Assembly (NCBI RefSeq): GCF_006345805.1
Contig: NC_043004.1
Coordinates: forward strand, 36,022,001-36,086,000
Length of the DNA stretch: 64,000 nt
Direction: 5' to 3'
Source: Octopus sinensis
Taxonomy: Eukaryota
The notes under the pieces are model-generated. The model was not told the DNA's origin. It did no database searches and saw nothing but the letters and a program-made list of their open reading frames with translations. The position numbers and the translations under genes were made by a program. Positions 23,245 to 36,279 of this stretch are shown one piece after another (the stretch's first letter is position 1; every line of letters starts with the position of its first letter).

Positions 23245-23395
23245 GTTCATTTGTCGTTGATGATGACCAAGGATATGACATAAGAGGAGAAGATGGTGCA
23301 CAGGGTGTCCGGCTGTGGTCAGTTGGTCCAATGCATGCTTGGAAGGCTCTGCCACAGGTTGATCTCCGATTTCTCTGTTGGGATTGTTGTAGGTA
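23245..23395 (-). mobile_element. RTE/BovB-type LINE extreme 3' fragment
   Basis: STCGRAFQACIGPTDHSRT resembles the terminal C2H2 finger (CxxCGRxFxxRIGLxSHxRT) of RTE LINEs, followed by a short 3' UTR. Confidence 0.6.
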
Positions 23396-23889
23396 TAATA
23401 TATGATATACATACATACATACATACACATATATAAATAAGGTAGTTAATATTTCTTGGTGATATCTAAAATGACCATTTTGTCTATTTGTTTTTTGGTG
23501 GTCATTTGACATTGCAATCAGCCATGACATCAATAACTGCTGTATATACTTTGTGCGTGATTAAACAATTAACATTTTTAGTTCATCAATTGCTAATGAG
23601 GTGAACAATCACTGAAACAGGTTGATGTCCCATCAGGTAACTTCTATCAATTTACTTTATAAGGTTCATTCTTCCTGTTTGTTTAATTTGTAAAAAGTCA
23701 TAGCACCAACTACCTCTTGAGTTGTTATGCACTCTCAGTGCCTAAAAATGTCTCTTTCACGAAACTTAAGGTTCTCTCTGAAGTTGAACCTGAAGATCTG
23801 ACCTCGTCTGGTAACTATTGGTAATTACTTTGGAAACTACCCAGCATTAACTTGTGCCACAAGTGGAGGAAAGGTTTTCATTCATACTC

Positions 23890-24259
23890 CACACAAAGTG
23901 CCTGATGCATCAAAGTATGGAAGTCCAAACCTTGGTGGTGAAGTCTCTCTATTGAACATACTCTCCAGGTTTACATGCATCTGTCTTCAATGTCTCTGTA
24001 GTATACTTCCCAAGCTTAATGCAAAATTTCACATCGGTTCTATGTTCCAGCTTCCTGTCCATGACAATAATCGCACACGACAGCATACACATGATCATAA
24101 AAACACAAATTTGACAACTTGCAAAGTAAACGCTATGATGTCACTTGGCACACTACCACATGAAGGTCACTGCTAACTCTCACTGCACACACAACCATTT
24201 GCTACCATCTGTTGGTGCACAACAGAACTAGTCCAAGAGCTTTTTGATACCACCTCATA
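23890..24259 (-). mobile_element. Tc1/mariner relic (left end + transposase N-terminus)
   Basis: Minus strand begins TA-tgaggtggtatcaaaaag (TACGAGG-type end); LEHRTDVKFCIKLGK...TETL matches the mariner HTH start. Confidence 0.7.
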
Positions 24260-24859
24260 CACGTCCCTTTAGTACACAAGCGTGTGCACTTCGTTACTGT
24301 TTATGAGTGTTTGCATGTGTGTGTATATGTATGTGTATTCCATATGATTATGTGATTCTGTGTATCTGTTCAACCCAGGAACCTCAAATGGAGAAGCCCT
24401 TGAATGGTTTACAAATCTTCACTTTACCATTCATCAATTATATTTGAAGGATGCGAATCCATTTACATTTGTTCTTTCTTGAAGAACTCTCAGGTCCCAT
24501 GACAATAAAATCAAATGAAAATCTATGTTCTAGATATGAGTTATGAGTTTCTCATTAGTTCTCTATAGCTGTTCCCCTTTTCTTCAACTTTATTGAAATA
24601 CCCATACCCGTTCTGCAATTGGCCTTAATTACAGTGAAACATTTTTTCCTTGCCTCACTCTCCAATATCTGGCCTTGTTTTCTTACAGTGGGTTTCTGGT
24701 TTCATTGCAATGTTCTGTGAGTGAGTATATAGGCATGTATGTATGTATGTATGTATGTATGCATGTATGTATGTATGTATGTATGTATGTATGTATGTAT
24801 GTATGTATGTATGTATGTATGTGTGCATGCATGTATGGATGCATGCAACCAAATTGAGG

Positions 24860-26450
24860 TAAAACTGATATGATCTTTACAACCTGATACATTCAAGAGA
24901 AGTGCAGATAACAACAACTTGATCTGTACCAGTGTTTCATCAACCTTACCAAGGCCTTTAATACTGTGCATAGGCCAACTCTTTGAGGTATCCTTCTCAA
25001 TCTGGAGTGGACTGGAAAATTTCACAAGGCTCATTCAATCACTTCATGACAACCTGAGAGCGTGGATTTGCCAACGGTGAGCTACAAGAAGCCATCTCAG
25101 TTGAATCTGGTGTTAAAACAGGGTGGTCTCCTAACTCAGTTTGCTATCTTCATTGTTAGGGTTATGTTGCAAGCCTTTATGCATATTAATGCTGTTACTT
25201 ATATCTGTTGTTGTACAACAGGAAGGCTTTTCAACATCCATCATTTTATTGCGGTAACAAAACCTTTCATGGCCCTCATTTATGATCTTCTTTACACTGA
25301 TGACTACGATCTAGTAAGCCACACTGAAGAAGACCTACAGTTCTTGATGGACAGCTTTTCAGCTGTGCATGATGAGTTTGGACTGTAGTCATGATACAAC
25401 CAGCACCAAGCAAGCCATATATCTCACCATAGATATACATCAAAGGTTAAATGTTAGAAGTCATGGATACATTTGTCTATCTTGATAGTACACTATATAG
25501 ATTTAATAGACTAGATGAGGAGGTCAGTAATAGATATCCTAAGGTCCTTGTTACTTTTAGAAATCCTGAATAGAAGCTCTGGTCACAATCAGACATCAAA
25601 GTACGAACAAAAGTTGAGGTCCATGAAGCATGCATCTTAACTACTGTTGTATAGATGTGAGACCACAGCAATCTACTGTAGGCATATCCAACTTCTCAAG
25701 GGATTCCATCTGTGATGCTTCCATATATCTTGAAGAACTCATGGCAATCTCCTGTGCCTAATACAAGAGTACTGCAACAGGTGAAATTGATGTGGATTGA
25801 GTCCATGATTATGAAACGTCAACTTAGATGGTCTTCTCCGTTTAGAAGACACCTACATGTCAAAACTGGTGTTGAACAGTGTGTTAGAGTAAGAGAACAT
25901 CCCTAGCACAAGTCATGGAAGCATTCCAAAGACAACCTTAAAGACACACTTAAAAAGATCAATATTGATACTTACACTTGTGAAGATCTTGCATTAGAAT
26001 AGGGGCTATGGAGGAACCTGATTTTAAGTGGGGACTACAGGGTTGCATACGCTAAAGTGAAACATGCTAGTAAATATATGAAAGATGTGAACCCTCTTCT
26101 GAGAAGGGAATAAAGGAACCCCTTTTGTGTTATTAGTGTGGTCACGTCTGTTTCTCAAAGGCAGGCTTATTCAGACACCAGTGTGGTCTTTGAGGCACCC
26201 CCTGCCTACCAATGGGATATCTAACATGATCTCTTCTGCACCTTTTGTAGAAGAGTGTATGGGATGGCCAGTGCACTCACTTGGCATTGTAAGTCCCCAT
26301 ATCCAGATGGTCAGGCTGCTAGTGTGGGAGATGGCTTGTGGTCAGTGTGGAATGATATGTAAGTCCTTTGCAGTTTTTAGGAGCCATGGGATAATGTCAT
26401 CAGCCAATGGGAAGATTAGACATGAGATGCTTCTGAGAGTGAAATGATTC
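24860..26450 (+). mobile_element. Degenerate RTE-type LINE: RT domain and C-terminal C2H2 fingers
   Basis: DMIFT..IQEKC...LYQCFINLTKAFNTV, KQGG, DLLYTDD; then CGHVCFSKAGLFRHQ and CGQCGMICKSFAVFRSH; many stops and frameshifts. Confidence 0.85.
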
Positions 26451-26902
26451 CAGGATGTGATCTCACTTGGTTCTGAGTGGACTTCCATCATCATGTATTC
26501 AGTTTTATTTCAAGATTTCTTGCCAATAGAGAAAGAGTTGGTTTTTAACCTAGATCCAAGGCTCCTTCATTGGAATTTCAACAACATCAACAGAGTATTT
26601 TTGTATGTATGTATGTGTGTTTTGTTTTACCTGTTGAACTGCTGTTTTCATTCTTTTCCTCGATTGTGTTGTTGTCGATGTTGTGTCCAGCCACGTTGTT
26701 TGTAGTAACTCTCTGCATGCTGAATTCAAGTTTCAGTCGAAAATCACCAAGATCATGAAGAAAAGGCTCCCTCAGTTAATTTCTCTGAAGATTAACCAAT
26801 TATTTAACAAGACTGATAGATATAGCTCCAAAGTTAGAGATAGTATTTATCATATTTTTGATAGTCTCCCACACCAAATACACGACATGTCATTTTGAGT
26901 TG

Positions 26903-26965
<63 letters not shown>

Positions 26966-27398
26966 GTATGTATGTGCTGATTTATATGTTTTATGTATGT
27001 GTATGTATGTAAGAATGTATGTATGTGCAGATTTGTATGCTTTATGCATGTATGTTTTATGTATGTATGTTTTATGTATGTATCTATATAAATATGTATG
27101 TATGTCTTTACAAGGTAAAAGAGCAGAAGTTTAACCAACAGCTCAAGCCTGGCTGGAAGGTCAATCAGTGACTATTGGAATAGCTACATGTTGAAAAGAA
27201 GTTACTAATTTCATCAGATTTATAAAAAAAATCTATCATTACTACACAAATTCAGAAATTGATGAAACAAGTTAAGAACTGACCAAGATAGGTTTATCAT
27301 AGAAACACTTTAGTGAATAGATGATAATTACAGCAAGTGCCTGGGATACTAAATAGAAATTGTAAAAAGTGTTGGAATTTGCTGGGAAAATAGAGGAA

Positions 27399-27786
27399 AC
27401 TCTTTTACTTGTTTCAGTCATTTGACTGCGGCCATGCTGGAGCACCGCCTTTAGTCAAGCAAATCAACCCCAGGACTTATTCTTTGTAAGCCTAGTACTT
27501 ATTCTATTGGTCTCTTTTGCCGAACCACTAAGTTATGGGGATGTAAACACACCAGCACCGGTTGTCAAATGATGGTGGGGGAGACAAACACAGAAACACA
27601 AACACACACACACACATATATACGACGGGCTTCTTTCAGTTTCTGTCTACCAAATCCACTCAAAAGGCTCTGGTCGGCCTGAAGCTATAGTAGAAGACAC
27701 TTGCCCAAGGTGCCACGCAGTGGAACTGAACCTGGAACCATGTGGTTCGTAAGCAAGCTACTTACCACACAGCCACTCCTACGCCT
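27399..27786 (-). mobile_element. SINE family A, full length
   Basis: Near-identical to 8634-9038 and 21474-21870. Confidence 0.9.
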
Positions 27787-30114
27787 GAATTTCTGTCTGG
27801 CAAGTTGAATATCTTCACACAGAGATGACTCGTGCAAACTGAAAATATCTGGACCTTAATGTTAAAGTAGTTTTGTTCCCTCGTTTCTTCTAATGATTCT
27901 CTCTCCCTAAAATGTGAAACAACTTTATGTAAATTCCATTTCTTAGGGCAGCTAATCGTTGAGTAAAGGTTATAATCATGTGACTGGGTTTTGATAATTT
28001 AAAATGAAGTGTTTCTATAAATGAGAATGAAAATTATACCATGGACTTTTAATCCCTATGGGTACCTCTTTTGTTTTATGGTACCTGGCTACATTTGGTA
28101 CCTCAATGAATCATTCTTCGATAATGGAAGTCTGAAATATTGATCTATAATAACCTTATTCCTCATTTCTATAATTTTAGAACATAGAGATTTTTTATAA
28201 TAATGTAAAACAACAAAATACAAATGAATGTTACAGGATAGCAACTTAAATTGAGGTAAACCTGACTCCCCCTCCACCCCAACCCCAATTGCCCTCAATG
28301 CAAAAGCAAGTGGCTTCTTCCAGCTGAAATAATCAGCAGAGAATTATATAGTGACCGAATAATATATAGAAATTAAGAAAATTAATCATGATATTTCATA
28401 TAACTCAGCTTTTTTGTTATGGACAACAGTTATTCATTTCACTATTGAAGCATGACTGTGTGACTGGTGTAAAGCAAGCTGCATACATAGCATGGCCTCG
28501 TTCACACATATTTTTATTATTAACCCAACATGGAGACTTAAGAAAATAGACACTAAAAATCTTAAATTCCAAAACACAGTTGTTTACATCAGTTAAAAAG
28601 CTGTGATTACTACACAGAACCATCAAGGTTAACAGCATTGAATATAAATTTTCTAGTCAAGTGAATGTTAATCTATTGAACTGGAAAGAAAAGTTGAAGT
28701 TATGCGTATGGAAAAATCAACAAGCAAACAAAAACATTTTTTAAAATATATGTATAATCATGAATAAAATAGATTGAATATATAGTGAGATCTACCATAC
28801 ATCCACATATTGTATGTGTACTGAGATATACATACACATATTGTTGTTTTCAGTTAGAAATTGGTAAACTATCTCACTCGACATCTCACCATATACCGGA
28901 GAGAAAAAGCAGACATCTCCCATAACAATATGTCCTACAGCTTCACCAATTCACAGATGGTAAATTCTTTGTAAATATCTTTCCTTAATAAATAGTCATT
29001 GTTAATTTATAGTTTATGTTGTGATTTATTAGCTCAATGTCAATATTGGTTACTGCAAGGAGGAGGATGTCCAGACGTGGGAAGAGAGATAAGGATTCAA
29101 TTAAGGTGAGAGCACATCCAAATTTAGAAGACAGTTTCAACTCAGCCAATATAAGAAAAGAAAAAAAAACCCATAAAAACACATATTTGAAGTTGCTAAA
29201 GCAGAGGTCTACTGACTTTAAACACAACCAGTGCCATTGTAGTGTACACTTAAGCTAAACCTATCACTCTACTTACACTATTTGCCCTGGCTGGAACACA
29301 GGCAGCTTCTCCATTTCTTTGGTTCAGTGAGTAGTATTTAAAAAGGAGCAACCAGCTGTAAAATGCTTACTTCAACAATTAATGTAAATGACTTAATATT
29401 CACAGCTAGAGTGAAAACACAAGGCAAGAATGAATACGCACATACATACATACACACACACAGTCATCACACACACACAGTCATCACACACACACACACA
29501 TTTCTATACATGTTGAACTATATTTATAGAGGTAAACTGTTTTGGCTATCACAGAAGAAATAAAAGTTCTTAATCTTATATGTATTATTCTGAGACTTGA
29601 CTTGATTGAGTAAAAATATCAACACTGCAATCAATAGAATCAATAAGTGTTTTGAAAAGAAAACAAGTTTTGGTTGGAACTGAAGGAAATAGCTTTGGCA
29701 TAAGTCAGTGAACTGCATGATTCCTAGCTGGTCAAGCAAAAATATATTATCGTAAAAACTATATAGAGAAAACAGAACAGTGCAAGCGTGAAAAGAAAAT
29801 ACATATAGTAGGAAGGGGAAACAGCTTTAAACATCAAGCATTATAGAGTTGTAGAAAGATAAGGAACAACGTCACTTCATTGTTGCTTTAAACAAATTGG
29901 CTTATTGTAGGACATTCTACAGTTTGCCAGGAGATGTTATAGCGGTGGCAAGAAAACAAAAAATAGAAGTCAAAATAAAAATCTGCTTGTTATTAGTTTC
30001 ACATAATAAGCTGAATTTTCACAGAAACTTAAGAGCAACACCAAGTTAAAAACTTTTTACCAAGTTTTGTTTTTTTTAATGTTACATTAGTTAAAAATTG
30101 TTGATATTATTATT

Positions 30115-30320
30115 ATTATGGTGAGTTAGCAGAATCATTAACAAACCAGATAAAATGCTTAACAGCATTTTCACCTGTCTTTATGTTCTAAATTCAAATT
30201 CTACCCAAGACAACTTTATCTTTCATCCTTTTGGGATCAATGAAATAAGTACCATCTGAGCCCTAGGGTCAATGTAATCAACTAGCACCCTCCCTATATA
30301 TTTACGCCTTTTACCTAAAG
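30115..30320 (+). mobile_element. SINE family C, degenerate
   Basis: ggtgagttagcagaatc...ctttcatccttttggg...aaataagtacca; homologous to 55251-55482. Confidence 0.65.
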
Positions 30321-30332
30321 GATAAGGGATTA

Positions 30333-30560
30333 TCTTATATATTAAAAGGCAAGTTGTCTGTCTGTGTGTGTATTGTGTGAACCACTTCTACAATTTTCAA
30401 CCAAATTTCACCAAATTTGATATGTGTGCTCTCTTTGACTTAGGATGCTTTTCTTATAATTTTTTGCTTGAAATTCTGCACCCCCAATTGAGACTACTCT
30501 CAATTCGCCTAGGATTTGGCTTGAGCCAGCAGATAAATGTGGCACACACCCAGCTGGAAA
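30333..30560 (+). mobile_element. Non-autonomous Helitron-like element (degenerate)
   Basis: a|TCttatatattaaaa start followed by (gtct)(gt)n, same layout as 59702-60044; 3' end uncertain. Confidence 0.45.
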
Positions 30561-30869
30561 AATCAATGCTTTACTTTGTCAGCTGTGGTGAGCTCTTATC
30601 AACTGCTTGCACAGTACTGCCAGTAGTATTCATTTGTGAGTTACGATTTGCCTGTTTTCACATGAGCACTTTTTTCATACAATTATTCCAGTTTAAACTA
30701 GCCACTTCAAAACTCTTATACCCAAAATTAAAAATCCTTAATTTGGTCTGCTTGGTTAACATTTTTGCCAACTACATTTTACTATTTTTTGGGTGCTACA
30801 CATTCACCACTTTTTCCTTAGGACTTTTGCTATTGCATAAACTGATAATTCTCCATGTAAAGGATCCAA

Positions 30870-31540
30870 TATAGGTCAGCAAATAAATGATGCAAAGAAT
30901 AGTAAACATATGCAGGCAAATGAATCTGTTGATGACACAATTTGTCATTCATTTACAGGAAGTTATATACACACAATTAGATATTATTCTCGTAATCAAC
31001 TTTCACATCAGGGGCAAGCAAGTCCCTTTACTGGGAAACTTTGGTAAAGCACTGCTTTGCCTGTGGTCAACTACTTTAGGATATCTGCTTCATTGTTGAT
31101 CAGTTTATCCATTTATACAGCTACTCTTTTGTGTAGCATTGGGAAATTCTTCAGCCAATATCCTTGTACCCCATCCAGGCCTGAGCATTTCCAGTTTGGG
31201 ATCTTTGTTGTCTGTGCAGTCACCATTTCAGTTGTTATTCTAATATTGTTCTGTTTCACTTCATATTTCTCCGACCTTAATTCCTTCAACCGTTTTGCAA
31301 CTTTGTTATACTTTCTTCCATTGTCCCAAATGTTACTCCAAAACCTTCTACTTTCTTCAGCATTTGGTCTCTCACTGCTGTTAACCTTTCCAGTCAGCTG
31401 TTGAAAAACCCATTTCTAATCTTGTTGGAACAATCTGTTGATCTTATATTGTTCAATTTTTGGTCATATCTCTTGATCTTTGTCACTTTAGCCAGGAATC
31501 TTTGTCTCAGCTCTTCAAGGACTACCTTTATCCCCTTTTT
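30870..31540 (-). mobile_element. R4/Dong-type LINE fragment, pre-RT and RT start
   Basis: PNAEESRRFWSNIWD...ITTEMVTAQTTKIPNWKCSGLDGVQGYWLKNF (NWKxPGxDGxxGYWLK pattern); abuts (TAA)n at 31543-31602. Confidence 0.75.
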
Positions 31541-31541
31541 C

Positions 31542-31604
<63 letters not shown>

Positions 31605-31831
31605 ATTTGTCCAATGTCAGTAAAGTAAGTACCAAACTCATTTAGTTGGTTATTTTTCTTAACAAATTCATGATATTAAGCCAAGATAGAAAATTCTGGT
31701 ACCACCATATTATTAGGGTCTCTTGAAGAAACATGCAGATGTAGTGAAATCCATTAAGGATTTCTGATCTAGGTACCAGGCTATCAATTTTGAGGAGCAG
31801 GGACTAGCTGATTCCATTAATCCAAGTATGT

Positions 31832-32024
31832 AGCCGGTGGCACGTAAAAAGTATCCACTACACTCACGGAGCGGTTGGCGTTAGGAAGAGCATCCAGCTG
31901 TAGAAACACTGCCAGATCAGACTGGAGCCTGGTGCAGCTTCCTAGCTTCCCGACCCCAGTTGAACCGTCCAACCCATGCTAGCATGGAAAACGGACGTTA
32001 AACAATGATGATGATGATGATGAT
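31832..32024 (+). mobile_element. Family B RTE-tail repeat inserted into a family C SINE
   Basis: Conserved 3' end with (GAT)n; family C-like sequence on both sides. Confidence 0.8.
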
Positions 32025-33557
32025 GAAAGAATGAAAGACAAAGCCGACCACTTGAAATTTGATCTTGGAATGTAAAGAACCCTAAGAATACTTAAAGCCA
32101 TTTTTCTGACTTCTAAGGTTTTTGTTTCTCTGTCACCATTATATATTTTCTAGTAGAGGTACACTAATTGATGAGAATAATTTTAATGGGATTGGATTTG
32201 TAAGGTAGTATCACCGCCAGTATTTAACTGGTATTTCATTTTATCACCCTCAGAGGGGTAAAAGGTAAGCTTGATCTTGACAATTCTGTCAATCCATTGA
32301 CCTGAAAGCTGTTAATAATAAAGCTATTAATTATTACTTAAAAACCTCTAATTAGCTAAGTACAATTTCGTGATTATAATTTGTTGTATGTTTCCAATTC
32401 TATGTCATTTGACTGGACTTGTTTGGCATCAATTTCCACAGCATTATACTTAGATCATGCCCTCTAGTCATATTTCTAAGTTGTAATCTTTATGTGTTTA
32501 TAAACAAGATTTTAGTTAATTTTCTTAACAAACATTTAATTCCAGCAGCTTCATTGTCTTAATTTTTTGACTAAGCAATTTCCATTCATTCTCACTTATT
32601 CATGTCAGGATCATAATATCACATGACAACCAAATTGTGTTAGAAAAATACTTAAAAACAAGTTGGATTACTACAATTTATTTTCACAAACAACAAATGT
32701 CTCAAAGATCTAAGTTATATCTTATTACATACTCGAAGTTAACAGCAGAGGGAAGCTCAAAGCATCACTTGTGCCTCCTCTCCTATAATACGTAACCCAC
32801 ATGAGCTATGTTTCACATTGTATAATAATAGTATATTAATTTTGAACATTGTTAGTGAATGAAATGGTACCATCAAAAAGATAAAATGAATGTTCACAAC
32901 TTCACCATCACTTAGACGTTGTAAATAGCTGACAACAAAAGCAAAAATGAGGATGTTACATCCTGGTGTCAAATTATGGCAACACAAAACATCACAGCCC
33001 AAAATACGAGTTCCACATCCTGTTAATAATTCTCTTGAGCAAAGAGTTGGGTTAGGGTACCCTTTTAACATTTTTGTTTTGCAGCAAATTTTCTCCAAAG
33101 ATGAAATGCATGACCCAAAAAGCAATAAATTCTATATCATTGCAGTTCCAATTAGTGTTGTGGCCTATTCTGAAGATCTTAATAGGGTAGCTTTGGGGTG
33201 CTTTGAGATATTGCCAAGTGATAAAACGGTAAAGGCTTGAAGAAAACAAGAAAATCAGTTGAGCAATTACCAAGTGTCCAGATAGAGAAGAGAAATGGAA
33301 TAAAAGATGAGACCAAAGGAGTCTGGACATTTCTGAAGCCATCAAAATGGCTTTACCTCGTTCAAGACTAATTGCAAGGAACAAAGATGTCACTGGTTTT
33401 AGAGGATTAGCATTGTGATGGTCCTGATTTATGAGGATAAACAACGCCTGTATAAGGATCAAGACAAAAAAAAAATTTTTTTAATTAAAAAATAGCACAA
33501 ACAATACATTCTGAATTCAGAGATAAAAGTAGAGATTGTTATATTTGTGTGGAGTCA

Positions 33558-33691
33558 TAATAAATCCTATAAACACATTCACCAGTTATTTTCTTTCTAT
33601 ATTCCACTTCATATTAGCAAAGACTTGATAAAAGAAAAGGAAATGAAATATAGACAAGCAACAACTGGTGAATATGTTATAGGTTTTATTA
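33558..33691. repeat. Imperfect palindrome / MITE-like fold-back
   Basis: taataaatcctataaacacattcaccagtt pairs with aactggtgaatatgttataggttttatta; inner tctatattccacttc pairs with gaaatgaaatataga. Confidence 0.8.
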
Positions 33692-33974
33692 ATGATGACT
33701 CTCTCCAAACATAGCAATATTGGTTTCAAGATGTGGCTTCAGACCAAAATTATTGTATAACAAAAACAAATTCAAAATAAAATCATTAAATTTCACAGAT
33801 ATGTGATTAATATAAGAAAAAAAATATTTTGAATTTTTACAGACATCAAATATGAATGAAGTCTCATTGACATTTGTGATACCATGAATAAAAATGGGAA
33901 AGTGAAATGGTGCTAAAACACATGGCCATGAGAATCCACACTTCACAGTGTTTTTAACTTGTGTTGACGGCACA

Positions 33975-34610
33975 AAACTGCCACCTTTTTGAATTTTTAG
34001 AAGGTAGACCTTAGGAAGAAAAGAAGACCCAATGGAGTTAATGTCTGTGTTGATTTAAAAGGTTGAATAAGAGACAGATGAACAAAATTGTGAGTAAAGC
34101 ATGATGTGGACAGTTAAAGAAACCTGCCTCAGTAAGTTTTGAACCAGTTTCTGGTGTTTTTGAAGAGGCAGGTTTGGATGGCTGAAAACTCAGCAGTAAA
34201 ATCTGGCTGCATGTCACTTGTAACCTTTAGATGTCCCAATCAATAAGCCATTTAAATGATTCATGAAGGAGAAGTGGAAGAGGTTGATGAAGGATTAATA
34301 TTTTGAAGACACAAGGATAGGAGAGAGGTAGAGGGCCTATAATTAAACAGTTATGTGAGGGAGTAAAATAATCATGGAATGATGGAGAGGAAGAGGAAAT
34401 CATTAAAAAAAAATGTGATGTTGATAATGTAATTGAAGCTTCTGGGGGTGCTGATTAAATTAAACTAATATTGACGATTCAGATCCATACTTAGAAAACT
34501 CCAGTGAGAAAAAGTGTAAAACAAATGCTGACCATGAGATTGAGTTCCCAAGCTTTCAAGATGCTGATTTACTAAGTTCTGAAGATGAAAATTTTCTAGG
34601 ATTTGTATTT
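33975..34610 (+). mobile_element. pogo-like DDE transposase relic
   Basis: GCMSL*PLDVPINKPFK*FMKEKW matches the pogo GGxTSxLQPLDVxxNKPFK motif; acidic tail ending SEDENFLGF. Confidence 0.75.
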
Positions 34611-35596
34611 GAGGATTAAATAAATTTTATGATTCTTTTTGTTTTGTTTTTTTGTTTTTTTGGTATTGCTATTGGTATGTGAATTATATAAAGATATTTA
34701 GTACAATATAAAAATACTAAGTATGTAAATTCTATGAAAATACTATTTTATAATTACAGTTTTTGTATTTCCTCCCTGCTTTGTTTGTAGCTGAGATAGC
34801 CCATCATTCTGTTGAAAAAGAAAAAAAAACAATAGTTTTGAAGTGATGTTGTTATTCTATCACCTAATTAAATTGATGTTAATTTTCATCAACATAATTT
34901 GTAAGGTGACAGCAGCCACAGTGGGGAAAAAAATCTTCAGAATAACTTCCACAATATAGTTAAAACACAGTGCCATGCTGCATCGCCAGAATGTCATGAC
35001 GGTTGCCAAATGTACAAGAATTTCAAGTGATGGAATTGCACAAAATTTTACAATTTGCAGGAAATGCCAATCTCTGTAAACAGATTCCTTACTTGTTTTT
35101 TAGAAGGTGACCTAAAATTTACCCAAATACTCAAGATTATTTGTACTGACATCCACATTAACAAACTTTCTCTGATTGCACTCACAATATATGCTTGTCA
35201 ACCAGGAGTTATCTCATTACATAACAGCCATGCTTTATATTTCTTAGATGATGGTAAATATGGTATCTGGAAGTATTGAGATGTATTCTTCCAATTCAAC
35301 AGTTCAATACATTTGGGGAAAATGCTGTCATTCAACAAATCAAATCCCATCAAAGTGTCCGACCTTTGCCAGCATGGAAGCCAGGCGTTAAATGCTGCTG
35401 CTGCTGCTGATGATGACAATGTTGCTGCTACAGATGAGGATGATGATGTATATTAGGGGACAACACCAAAAATTTATAGGAGAGGGGCCCTAGCAAAAGG
35501 AAACGGCGACTAATTTGTCATATTTCATCTGTCCCTGAGGGATAAAACACAAAGTTAACCTTAAACAGATTTCAATTACTACTACTACTACTACTG

Positions 35597-35634
35597 CAAA
35601 GAAGAAGAAGAAGAAGAAGAAAGAAGAAGAAGAA

Positions 35635-35681
<47 letters not shown>

Positions 35682-35696
35682 AGAAGAAGAAGAAGA
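35597..35696. repeat. (GAA)n trinucleotide tract
   Basis: About 100 bp of almost pure purine repeat. Confidence 0.95.
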
Positions 35697-36230
35697 CTTA
35701 TAATAATAATGCAGATTATATGTCACATACTTTAATATATAATGATGTGTAATATTAATTATAATTTCCTAGAAGTTGTTAGATGTAGTTGATAAGAAGA
35801 AGAGGGGAAAAAAAGACAAAATTAATTAATATTAAGATGATATAATGAGGGAAATTACAATTAATTTTTCTGGCTTTCCTTCGTTTTTCATTTCCTGTCC
35901 AAAGTTCATTAAGGCATTAAATATTAGAGCATGGGGTGGGATTAGAACCAGCCTAATTAGCTTTCTTGTGCATTTTGTCTCTGGATTTACCCTTTCACTA
36001 CAAATTACAACTGTTCTCTCTGTATTCTGCAAACAACCACCAAAGTACATACAAACACATACATTTACATATATACATATATAAATACACACACATGGCT
36101 ACACAAACACATAATGTATATATAAATATATATGCAAATATGTGTGTGTGGGTGTGTATTATATATGCATCTGAATGTATATAATGTATAGATGCATGCT
36201 TATATATGCATATGTATGTATATGAGTATA

Positions 36231-36279
<49 letters not shown>

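Noticed and set aside
32947-33240. 97-aa plus-strand ORF
   Set aside because: No recognisable domain; overlapped by equally long minus-strand ORFs.
35490-35726. Poly-Ser/Phe/Val ORF
   Set aside because: Translation of (GAA)n and (CTA)n tracts.
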